NCBI GenBank assembly: GCA_013343275.1 | Contig: CP046106.1 | Coordinates: forward strand, 640,001-704,000 | Direction of reading: 5' to 3' | Length of the DNA: 64,000 nt | Source: Candidatus Nanohaloarchaea archaeon | Lineage (GTDB): Archaea; Nanohalarchaeota; Nanosalinia; Nanosalinales; Nanosalinaceae | Part shown: positions 47,915 to 56,331 of the stretch, one piece after another | Layout of the letters: each line of letters starts with the position of its first letter | How positions within the stretch are numbered: position 1 is the first letter of the stretch | Program-made: the position numbers and the translations under genes | Notes under the pieces: model-generated | Database searches by the model: none | The model's input: only the letters and a program-made list of their open reading frames with translations | Told to the model about the DNA's origin: nothing

Positions 47915-48769
47915 ATGAATTACTCAAACAAGTTTACCGCGCTCTTCCTGATCGCAGGAATGGCGCTCGGATTTGCTGCACCAGCAGCAGCACAGCCTTC
48001 ACAGGCCCAGTCCAGTTCAAATGTAGAAACAGATGCGCAAGCATCTGCACAGATAGGTATTACGCAGGCTATTTCCAACCTGCGAGACCAGGTCCAGGAA
48101 CTCACACAGCAGATAAATCAGCTGCAGCAGAGAGTTAATACCCTGGAAGCAAAAGTTAATGCTTCCGCAGAAGCTGCCGGACAGACAACAGCAACCGGCG
48201 AAGTAAACGCCAACGGCCATAGAGGTCCTCCAGAGCACGCACAGAACAACCAGAAAGACAACCTCGGAGCAAAGGTTTCAGCCGAGGCCCGTGCAGGAGA
48301 CCAGGCAGGAATCTTCGCAGCCATCAGCTCGTTCCTCTCAGACAGAGGCAACGATCAGGCTGCAGAATCTGTAGGAAACAACTCCTCAGATGACAGCAAA
48401 CAGCAGGAGGAAACAGAATCGACATCAGAGATTGAAGTCAATGTATCCGGAGAGATCGAAGCCGGAAACAACGTAACTGTAAAAGCAATGCAGGAAGGAG
48501 AGGCCGTAGCTAACGCAACAGTCAAAGTTAACGGCGAAGTAGCTGGCCAGACCAACGCAGATGGAGAAATCGTTGTAACAGTCCCAGAGGCCGACGAATT
48601 CGAAGTTGAAGTTGAGTCAGGCGACAGCGAAGGAGATTTTACATCAGAAATTACCGCGAGCGCTGAAGCAGGCGCAGAGACTGAAACAGAAACCAGCACT
48701 TCAGGAGGAAGTGCAGAGGCTTCAGCAGATGCAGAGATCTCAGGCGAAACCACCGTAGGCCTTAACTAA
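47915..48769 (+). CDS. Secreted acidic protein with coiled coil and Ig/carboxypeptidase-regulatory-like domain
   Basis: Signal peptide, heptad stretch, VANATVKVNG...GQTNADG; GGTGA before ATG 47915. Confidence 0.8.
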   Translation: MNYSNKFTALFLIAGMALGFAAPAAAQPSQAQSSSNVETDAQASAQIGITQAISNLRDQVQELTQQINQLQQRVNTLEAKVNASAEAAGQTTATGEVNANGHRGPPEHAQNNQKDNLGAKVSAEARAGDQAGIFAAISSFLSDRGNDQAAESVGNNSSDDSKQQEETESTSEIEVNVSGEIEAGNNVTVKAMQEGEAVANATVKVNGEVAGQTNADGEIVVTVPEADEFEVEVESGDSEGDFTSEITASAEAGAETETETSTSGGSAEASADAEISGETTVGLN

Positions 48770-48846
48770 GGCCTCTTTCTTCCTTTAATTCTCTTTTTTC
48801 CAGCTTTCTACCAAAGAAGATTTAGGCTTTAACCACGAAATATAGA

Positions 48847-49152
48847 ATGATGGAAGAAGAAAACCTGGAAGAAGAGATAAACGAGTTCTTCAACGAAAAC
48901 AATGATGGCCGTTACAGAGCCAGCGTAGATGTAGATTACAGTCAGCCGGAGGCTAGAATATATGTGGCCTTCGAAGATGGCTCCGAAAAACCAGGTATTG
49001 GCTCGTTTGTTGACGAAATCTTTGAAGATCTTGGTATCTCCAACCCAAGAATGGAGGCTGACTGGCATCCTGAAGAGAACAGATACGACATTACTCTGAA
49101 AGAAGATGTCGACGGACCTCTACAGAGCCAGACTCCGAAAACTTCAGTCTAA
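48847..49152 (+). CDS. Hypothetical acidic protein
   Basis: 101-aa ORF filling the gap. Confidence 0.65.
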   Translation: MMEEENLEEEINEFFNENNDGRYRASVDVDYSQPEARIYVAFEDGSEKPGIGSFVDEIFEDLGISNPRMEADWHPEENRYDITLKEDVDGPLQSQTPKTSV

Positions 49153-49155
49153 AGT

Positions 49156-51198
49156 TTATTCTTCCAGTTCTAGCTCTATATCAGAGACGAAGGCCTCATC
49201 TTTCTTCAGGATCAAAGGGTTGACATCTATCTCGGAGATTTCCTCATGGTTTAATGCCAGTTCTCCCAGTCTGATAATCGCGTCTTTCACGGGCTCCATT
49301 GAGTGATCTTCTCCACGAACCCCTTTGAACAGGTCGCTGCTCTGAAGCTCCTCTATCATCTGTTCGGCTTCTTCCTCGCTAATAGGTGCGATTCCGAACG
49401 AGATATCATGCAGGGCCTCGATGTAGATGCCTCCGAGGCCTACGAGAATCATCGGGCCGAACTGTGGATCTCTCTTCATTCCCAGAGCAACTTCGAGACC
49501 GTTCAGTTCCTCCTGTATGACTATTCCATTGATCGGTACCTCTCCGTTCTTCGCGTGGTGAACGTTTTCAATTATTTCTCTAAAGCTTTCCTGAACATCT
49601 TCCCTGTTCTCAACACCGGTTTTAACACCGCCCACATCGGTCTTATGCGATATTTCCGGCGAATCAATCTTCATAACCAGAGGGTAGCCGATACTGGAGG
49701 CTGCATCCTCCGCATTGCCAGGGGCGCTCTCGACCTCGGTAAGAGGAAGATCAAAACCGTAGGCCTCAAATAGTTGATGGCCTTCCTCATAGCCAGAATA
49801 ATCCTGAAGAGCATTCTCCGCCTTCGTCCTGTCAAAGTCTATATCCTGATATGTTCTGTCGGTTTCAAGGAATTCACGGTAGCTATGCATTGATTTCAGA
49901 GTCTTTATCGCATCTACAGGATCCTCGAACTCAGGAATCCTGTTATCTTCCAGTATCTCCTTGCCTGAAGCAACATCTTCCTCTCCCATGAAAGAGGCAA
50001 AAACCGGTTTCTCCGAATTCTGATCTGCCTCAACTATCGCTTTCGCGGTTTTATCGATCTCTGTATTGGCCTGCGGCGTCAGTAACACTACAACAGCATC
50101 AACATTCCTGTCATCAAGCACCGAATCAAGAGCCTGTCTGTACCTGTGGTGGCCTGCGTCGCCTATAACATCAAGCGGGTTGTGAAGAGTTGATTCATCC
50201 GGCATTACCTCCTCAAGCCCGGCCTTTGTTTCCTCAGAAAACTCCGCAAGCTCCATCCCTCTCTGAGATATCTCATCAGTGGTAATAACTCCAGGCCCTC
50301 CTGCATTAGTAACTATTGCAATTCTCTTGCCTTCAGGAGGTTTCTGGTAGGAGAAAGCGCGGCCGAAATCCAGCAGTTCTCTGTTGGACTCGGCCTCTAT
50401 AATACCTGCCTTTCGGAAGGCTGCCTGATAGGCCTGATAGCTGCCAGCAATACTTCCAGTATGTGACGATGCTGCAGATCCTCCTTTATCTGTACGACCG
50501 GATTTAATCATTACAATCGGTTTCTCACGGGAAGTCTTCTCCGCCTCATTCATGAACTCGCGGCCGTTATCAATCCCCTCGGTATAGGCGATAATTGATT
50601 CAGTATCGTCTTCGCGCCATTTCTTCAGAAGATCAACCTCGTTAAGCTGAGCCTTGTTACCTAGAGACACGAAGTGGCGGAAACCGATATGCTCCGCCTT
50701 CGAGTAATCCAGTATCGCCGTGCAGAAAGCTCCGGACTGGCTCATGAAGGATATATCTCCTTCCTCCGGCATTTTGGATGCAAAGGACGCATTCATCGAG
50801 TTCTCGGTATTGATAAGGCCGAGGACGTTAGGCCCCAGGAGCGCGATATCGTTCTCATTCGCAATATCCAGAACTTCCTGCTCCCTCTGCTCATTGCCTG
50901 TCTCAGAGAATCCTGCGGACACAATAATCGCGGCCTCTACTCCTTTGCTCGCGGCATCCTGCATAACATCAGCAACAATTTTTGAAGGAACCGCTATAAC
51001 TGCAAGATCTGTTCCTTCCGGTATCTCATCGAAGGCCTTTTTTCCTTCCACTTTGTCAGCTTTAGGGTTGACAGGATAGATCTCTCCCTCAAATCCATGA
51101 GCCAGGTTGTCGAAGATTTCATGGCCTGTCTTGCCTTCATGGCGTGAAGCCCCTACTACAGCAATATCTTCTGGTTTGAAGAGTTTATCGAGTTTCAT
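49156..51198 (-). CDS. acd: Acetate--CoA ligase (ADP-forming), fused alpha/beta
   Basis: Start MKLDKLFKP; GPN..G, SQSGA, SHTGS, TNAGG, HKTDVGGV. Confidence 0.94.
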   Translation of the reverse strand: MKLDKLFKPEDIAVVGASRHEGKTGHEIFDNLAHGFEGEIYPVNPKADKVEGKKAFDEIPEGTDLAVIAVPSKIVADVMQDAASKGVEAAIIVSAGFSETGNEQREQEVLDIANENDIALLGPNVLGLINTENSMNASFASKMPEEGDISFMSQSGAFCTAILDYSKAEHIGFRHFVSLGNKAQLNEVDLLKKWREDDTESIIAYTEGIDNGREFMNEAEKTSREKPIVMIKSGRTDKGGSAASSHTGSIAGSYQAYQAAFRKAGIIEAESNRELLDFGRAFSYQKPPEGKRIAIVTNAGGPGVITTDEISQRGMELAEFSEETKAGLEEVMPDESTLHNPLDVIGDAGHHRYRQALDSVLDDRNVDAVVVLLTPQANTEIDKTAKAIVEADQNSEKPVFASFMGEEDVASGKEILEDNRIPEFEDPVDAIKTLKSMHSYREFLETDRTYQDIDFDRTKAENALQDYSGYEEGHQLFEAYGFDLPLTEVESAPGNAEDAASSIGYPLVMKIDSPEISHKTDVGGVKTGVENREDVQESFREIIENVHHAKNGEVPINGIVIQEELNGLEVALGMKRDPQFGPMILVGLGGIYIEALHDISFGIAPISEEEAEQMIEELQSSDLFKGVRGEDHSMEPVKDAIIRLGELALNHEEISEIDVNPLILKKDEAFVSDIELELEE

Positions 51199-51295
51199 GT
51201 TTTTGAATGGTCTAAGCTCGTTATTTAGGTTGTTGAATTCACCGAGAGGTCGCAAACGATTTTTTATATACAGCCGGAGGCCTGTTTCAATCATA

Positions 51296-52351
51296 ATGCG
51301 GGAAGAAGTATATTCTGGTTCTGTTGAGCGTATTGAAGTAATGGGGACTGAAGACGAAGAGGACTTCCCCTGGATCGAAGAAGATGAGTACAGAGAGCTC
51401 TACAGAAAAATGATGATTGCAAGAAAATTTGATGAAAAGGCCTTCTCACTGCAGAGAAGAGGCGAAATATCCACTTACGCGCCGCATAAAGGACAGGAGG
51501 CCGCTCAGATCGGAGCAGTTTTTGCACTGGACGAGGATGACTGGATTGTGCCTTCTTTCCGCGAATCAGCGGCATTCATACAGAGAGGCGCACCTCTAGA
51601 CAAGATCTTTCAGAGATGGATGGGCGATGCCAACGGCCAGAAAGATCTCTCCGAACTGAATACATTACCTGTAGCAATTCCTGTAGGAACGCAGAATCTG
51701 CATACCGCGGGCCTTGGGATGGCTATGGAGAAGAAAGGAGACGAAAACGCAGTACTTGGGTTCACAGGCGATGGATCGACTTCTGAAGGAGATTTCCACG
51801 AGGCCCTGAATTTTTCAGGAGTCTTCAGCGGCCACTCAGTATTCTTCGTACAGAACAACCAGTACGCGATCTCTATGCCCAGGGAGAAGCAGACCAGGTC
51901 CGAGACGATCGCACAGAAAGCTATCGCATACGGGATCGACGGCATACAGGTCGATGGCAACGATCTGCTGGCTGTGATCAAGGCGGTAGAAGAAGCGCTG
52001 GAAAAGGCCCGTAAAGGAGAGCCAGTCCTCGTAGAGGCCATAACTTACAGGCTGGAGGATCACACTACTTCCGACGATTCGACACGTTACAGAGATGAGG
52101 AGGAAGTAGAAGAATGGAAGGAGAAAGACCCCTTAAAACGCTTCAGAGAATACCTGAAAGAACACGATATCTGGGACGACGAAATGGAAAGCTTCGAGGA
52201 AGAGGCCGAGGAAAAAGTAGATAAAGCTGCCCAGAAGGCGATAGAAGCAGACGACCCAAGCTTCGACGAACTGTTCGACTATGTATACGAGGAGATGCCC
52301 GAGCTGTTACAGGAGGAAAAAGAACAGCTCAGAGAAGAGGTGAAGGAATGA
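51296..52351 (+). CDS. pdhA: Pyruvate dehydrogenase E1 alpha
   Basis: GQEA, GDGSTSEG...NNQYAIS, YR..HTTSDD. Confidence 0.93.
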   Translation: MREEVYSGSVERIEVMGTEDEEDFPWIEEDEYRELYRKMMIARKFDEKAFSLQRRGEISTYAPHKGQEAAQIGAVFALDEDDWIVPSFRESAAFIQRGAPLDKIFQRWMGDANGQKDLSELNTLPVAIPVGTQNLHTAGLGMAMEKKGDENAVLGFTGDGSTSEGDFHEALNFSGVFSGHSVFFVQNNQYAISMPREKQTRSETIAQKAIAYGIDGIQVDGNDLLAVIKAVEEALEKARKGEPVLVEAITYRLEDHTTSDDSTRYRDEEEVEEWKEKDPLKRFREYLKEHDIWDDEMESFEEEAEEKVDKAAQKAIEADDPSFDELFDYVYEEMPELLQEEKEQLREEVKE

Positions 52352-52401
52352 TGAAGATCGCAGATCTTCGCAGAGACGAAAACAGAGGTGTTTTCGAATA
52401 A
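52348..52401 (+). repeat. Double-hairpin GAA...TTC element, copy C
   Basis: GAAGATC-gca-GATCTTC and CGAAAAC-agaggt-GTTTTCG. Confidence 0.7.
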
Positions 52402-53369
52402 TGGGAGAAAAAATGAATATTGTTGAGGCCGTTAATCAGGCGCTTCACGACGAAATGGACGAAGATGAAAATGTAATTGCATACGGAGAGGATGTAGGAG
52501 AGGACGGTGGAGTTTTCCGTGCGACCGAAGGCCTCCAGGACGAGTTCGGAGAGGATCGCTGTTTTTCGAGTCCTCTGGCCGAGTCAGGGATTGCCGGAAC
52601 TGCTATCGGGATGAGCCTGTACGGTTTCCGGCCGGTAGTTGAGATGCAGTTCTCCGGGTTCTCGTACCTGGCGTTCTACCAGATCAAAGAACACGCATCC
52701 AGGATGAGAATCAGATCCCGTGGCGACTACAACGTGCCGCTTACAGTTCGTGCACCGTACGGAGGAGGAATTTCAGCACTGGAACACCACCAGGAATCGC
52801 CAGAGACGTTCTTCGCCCATTCACAGGGCCTGCATGTTGTAATCCCAAGTACACCGCAGGACACCTACTCTCTGCTCCGTAAATCAATTCAGATGGATGA
52901 CCCTGTAGTCTTCCTTGAACCGAAGAAAATCTACAGAGCCTTCAAAGAGGAAGTCGATACAGAGAAAGAAGTAGATCTAGAACAAGCCCGTATAGTACAG
53001 GAAGGAGAGGACGTAACCCTGATTGCATGGGGCGCAATGGTTCCTGTAGCAGAGGACGCAGCCGAAGAGATCGATGCCGATGTCGAGATAATCGATCCCC
53101 GCACAATTTACCCCGCGGACTTCGATACGATATACGAATCAGTGGAGAAAACCGGGCGCGCAATGGTACTACACGAGGCCCCAAAGAGTGTCGGTTTTGG
53201 AGCAGAGATCGCTACACGCATACAGGAAAACGAAATCTTGAAGATGGAGGCTCCTGTAGAAAGAGTTACAGCACCAGATACTCCTTACCCACTTTACACT
53301 CTTGAAGACTTCTACATGCCGAACAAGGAAAGAGCTGTGAAAGGCCTTGAGAGAGTACTCAACTTCTAG
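52401..53369 (+). CDS. pdhB: Pyruvate dehydrogenase E1 beta
   Basis: GEDVG..GGVF, PLAESG, EHHQES, FLEPK. Confidence 0.94.
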   Translation: MGEKMNIVEAVNQALHDEMDEDENVIAYGEDVGEDGGVFRATEGLQDEFGEDRCFSSPLAESGIAGTAIGMSLYGFRPVVEMQFSGFSYLAFYQIKEHASRMRIRSRGDYNVPLTVRAPYGGGISALEHHQESPETFFAHSQGLHVVIPSTPQDTYSLLRKSIQMDDPVVFLEPKKIYRAFKEEVDTEKEVDLEQARIVQEGEDVTLIAWGAMVPVAEDAAEEIDADVEIIDPRTIYPADFDTIYESVEKTGRAMVLHEAPKSVGFGAEIATRIQENEILKMEAPVERVTAPDTPYPLYTLEDFYMPNKERAVKGLERVLNF

Positions 53370-53397
53370 GTGATTAAAAATGAAAAATAAAATCAAG

Positions 53398-53454
53398 AAT
53401 CGAAAGCCGGTTTATCCGGCTTCACATGATCGAACTCTGTAGGTGAGTTCGATT
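53398..53454 (+). repeat. Double-hairpin GAA...TTC element, copy D
   Basis: AAGCCGG-tttat-CCGGCTT and ATCGAACTC-tgtaggt-GAGTTCGAT; ends AATCGAA and TTCGATT are inverted. Confidence 0.62.
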
Positions 53455-54900
53455 AAATTCGAGTTCCCTGATACCGGCGAAGGAGTAACTGAAGGAAAGT
53501 TCCTGGAATGGAAGATAGATGTAGGTGACAAAGTAGAGGAAGATCAGGTAGTAGGAGAGGCCGAGACAGACAAGGCCGTAGTTGAAATTCCTGCACCTGC
53601 TGATGGAACAGTTAAAGAGCTTATGGCCTCGCCTGGCGACCGTGTAGAGGTCGGCGATGCAATCATGGAGCTTGATACCAGAGGAAGTAACGAAAGCTCC
53701 TCAGAAGAAAGTAATAACTCCCCGGAGGAACAGAGCGAGGCCAAGGAAACAGAAGAAAAAGACACCGAAAACGAAGAGTCAGAAGAACCAGAAGAGGACG
53801 AGAAGGCCTCCGATAACGAAAGTTCTGAAGGCGATATACTTGCACTGCCGAAGGTCAGAAAGCTGGCTGAGGAAAAAGGGGTAGAACTGGCCTCTATCAA
53901 GACAGGTGAGAGAATTACCGAAGAAGAGGTCTTGCAGGCAGCCAGCGGAGAAGGGAGCCAGGAAACAGAGGTGTCCGGAGAGACAGTTTCCGAAGCTGGT
54001 ACAGAGGAGGTAAATGCATCGCCGTCTGTCCGGCAGTTAGCCCGCGAAAAAGAGGTTGATATACAGTCAGTTGAAGGTAGCGGTCGCGGAGGTAAAGTTA
54101 CCCGGCAGGACGTGCTGGATGCTACAGAAACAGAAGAAACATCTGAAGAAGAGGCCTCTACGAGAGAAGAACCGCCTACCGGTCAGAGCAGTGGAGAAGA
54201 TTACTCTGGAGAGGTAGAGCGTGTGGAGATGTCTGGCATAAGGAAAAGTATTGCCAGCAAGATGGAGAAGTCGCGTTTCACAGCACCGCACGTCACCCAT
54301 GTAGAGAAAGCAGATATAACGGAGCTAGCCGAGTTAAGAGACAAAGTCAAGAACGAAGTCGATGCACACCTCACATACCTTCCTTTCGTGATGAAGGCCT
54401 GTACCAAGGCCCTTCAGGACTATCCATCGCTGAACTCGGAACTGGACGAAGAAAATGATACAGTTGTACAGAAAAAGTACTACGATTTCAATATCGCTGT
54501 TGATACCGATGATGGCCTTCTAGTGCCGCGTATTGATTCTGTTAAGGAGAATAACATGGTTGAACTTGCGCAGGATATTGTTGAGAAGGCAGAGGCCGCT
54601 CGTGCCGGGGAGCTGAGCCAGGAAGAGATGAAGCCCGGCACCTTCTCAATCACAAACCTCGGTGTTATCGGCGGAGAGGAGTTCACACCAATTATTAACT
54701 ATCCTCAGGTAGCTATACTGGGGATCGGGAAGATTGGAGAGACTGCAGAAGTGGTTGATGGCGAGGTAAAGCCAAGGACTACTGTCAAGCTGTCATTAAG
54801 CTATGACCACAGAGTTGTCGACGGAGCAACCGCTGCCAAGTTCATGAACGATGTAGTGGAAAATCTGGAGAAGCCTGAAGAGTTGATGGTGAATCTGTAA
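53443..54900 (+). CDS. pdhC: Dihydrolipoamide acyltransferase E2
   Basis: Lipoyl ETDKA, two E3-binding repeats, DHRVVDG; start codon uncertain. Confidence 0.94.
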   Translation: MSSIKFEFPDTGEGVTEGKFLEWKIDVGDKVEEDQVVGEAETDKAVVEIPAPADGTVKELMASPGDRVEVGDAIMELDTRGSNESSSEESNNSPEEQSEAKETEEKDTENEESEEPEEDEKASDNESSEGDILALPKVRKLAEEKGVELASIKTGERITEEEVLQAASGEGSQETEVSGETVSEAGTEEVNASPSVRQLAREKEVDIQSVEGSGRGGKVTRQDVLDATETEETSEEEASTREEPPTGQSSGEDYSGEVERVEMSGIRKSIASKMEKSRFTAPHVTHVEKADITELAELRDKVKNEVDAHLTYLPFVMKACTKALQDYPSLNSELDEENDTVVQKKYYDFNIAVDTDDGLLVPRIDSVKENNMVELAQDIVEKAEAARAGELSQEEMKPGTFSITNLGVIGGEEFTPIINYPQVAILGIGKIGETAEVVDGEVKPRTTVKLSLSYDHRVVDGATAAKFMNDVVENLEKPEELMVNL

Positions 54901-54901
54901 A

Positions 54902-56311
54902 ATGGTCGTAGGAGATATAGCAACAGGAACAGATCTTGTAGTTATAGGAGCAGGGCCTGGAGGGTATTCGGCAGCAATAAGAGCCGCACAGGAAGGCCTC
55001 GACGTCATGCTTGTGGATAAGGAGAAGATTGGGGGAACATGTTTGAACCGGGGATGTATTCCTGCAAAGGCCTTTATCCATGCCTCGAAGTTCCACGAGG
55101 ATATCCAGCACTGGAACGAGATAGGTATCAAGGCAGAATGCGAACACATCAAGTTCGAGGATATCGCAGAATGGAAGGATGAAATAGTGGAGAAGCTGGA
55201 CAGAGGTGTTGAGCAAATCCTTGATCACGAAAACGTGGAGTACAAGCAGGGGGAGGCCAAGTTCATTGATTCTAACACTGTCAGAATTGAGGAAGAGCAC
55301 CGTACCGACAAGATAGAGTTCGATAACGCAATAATTGCAACCGGCAGCTCCCCGATAGAGATTCCGGGCCTCGAGTTCGATAAAGACAAGGTGATCTCCT
55401 CCCGCGAACTCCTGAACCTGAAAGAAGTACCTGATGAGATAGTAGTCGTTGGCGGAGGATACATTGGTATGGAGGCCGTAACCAAGTTCTGCAAGTTCGG
55501 CGCCACTGTCAAAGTCGTTGAGGCCCGGGATAGAGTCCTGGCGAACTTCGATGAGGAAATAGTCAACCATCTCCAGGAAGTTACAGACGAGTACAGCGAC
55601 GAAATCTATACCTCTGCAGAGGCACAGGAAGTGAGATATGAAGACGACAAGGCCGTACTGGTGGCAGAACAGGATGGAGAACAGCTAGAGATTGAGGGAG
55701 ACTACATACTGGTGGCCGCAGGCAGAACAGCAGAACCAAACCTCGAAAGCCTTGAACTTGACAAAACAGATGTCGAAGTTGAAGAAGGATTTATACAGGC
55801 CGACAAACAGATGAAGACCGGTGACAGCAATATTTTCGCAGTAGGAGATGCTGTAGGACAGCCGATGCTCGCACACAAGGCCTACAGAGAAGGTAAAGTT
55901 GCTGCAGAAGTAGCTGCAGGCAAGAAATCTGCCTTCGACAACCAGTACATACCAAAGGCCATGTACACCGACCCAGAAGTCGCAACAGTAGGCCTTACAC
56001 CTGAAGAGGCCGAAGAAAAATACGGCGAAGTGACGACCGGAAAATTTCCATTCACAGCATCCGGTAGGGCATTGACCACGACAAAGACTGACGGCTTTGT
56101 ACGTGTAGTTGCGAGAGAAGACGGAAAGATGGCGGGAGTGCAGATAGTAGGTGCGCGGGCGTCCGACATGATCGCAGAAGCTACGCTGGCCCTAGAAATG
56201 CAGGCCTATTTAAGCGACGTAGCAAATACAATACATGCACACCCCACCTTCCCTGAAGCATTGGGAGAGGCCTGTGAGGATGCACTGGATAAATCAATAC
56301 ACAAAGCCTGA
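54902..56311 (+). CDS. lpdA: Dihydrolipoamide dehydrogenase E3
   Basis: GAGPGG, GGTCLNRGCIP, HAHPT. Confidence 0.96.
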   Translation: MVVGDIATGTDLVVIGAGPGGYSAAIRAAQEGLDVMLVDKEKIGGTCLNRGCIPAKAFIHASKFHEDIQHWNEIGIKAECEHIKFEDIAEWKDEIVEKLDRGVEQILDHENVEYKQGEAKFIDSNTVRIEEEHRTDKIEFDNAIIATGSSPIEIPGLEFDKDKVISSRELLNLKEVPDEIVVVGGGYIGMEAVTKFCKFGATVKVVEARDRVLANFDEEIVNHLQEVTDEYSDEIYTSAEAQEVRYEDDKAVLVAEQDGEQLEIEGDYILVAAGRTAEPNLESLELDKTDVEVEEGFIQADKQMKTGDSNIFAVGDAVGQPMLAHKAYREGKVAAEVAAGKKSAFDNQYIPKAMYTDPEVATVGLTPEEAEEKYGEVTTGKFPFTASGRALTTTKTDGFVRVVAREDGKMAGVQIVGARASDMIAEATLALEMQAYLSDVANTIHAHPTFPEALGEACEDALDKSIHKA

Positions 56312-56331
56312 AAAATTACTGAAGAATATTT

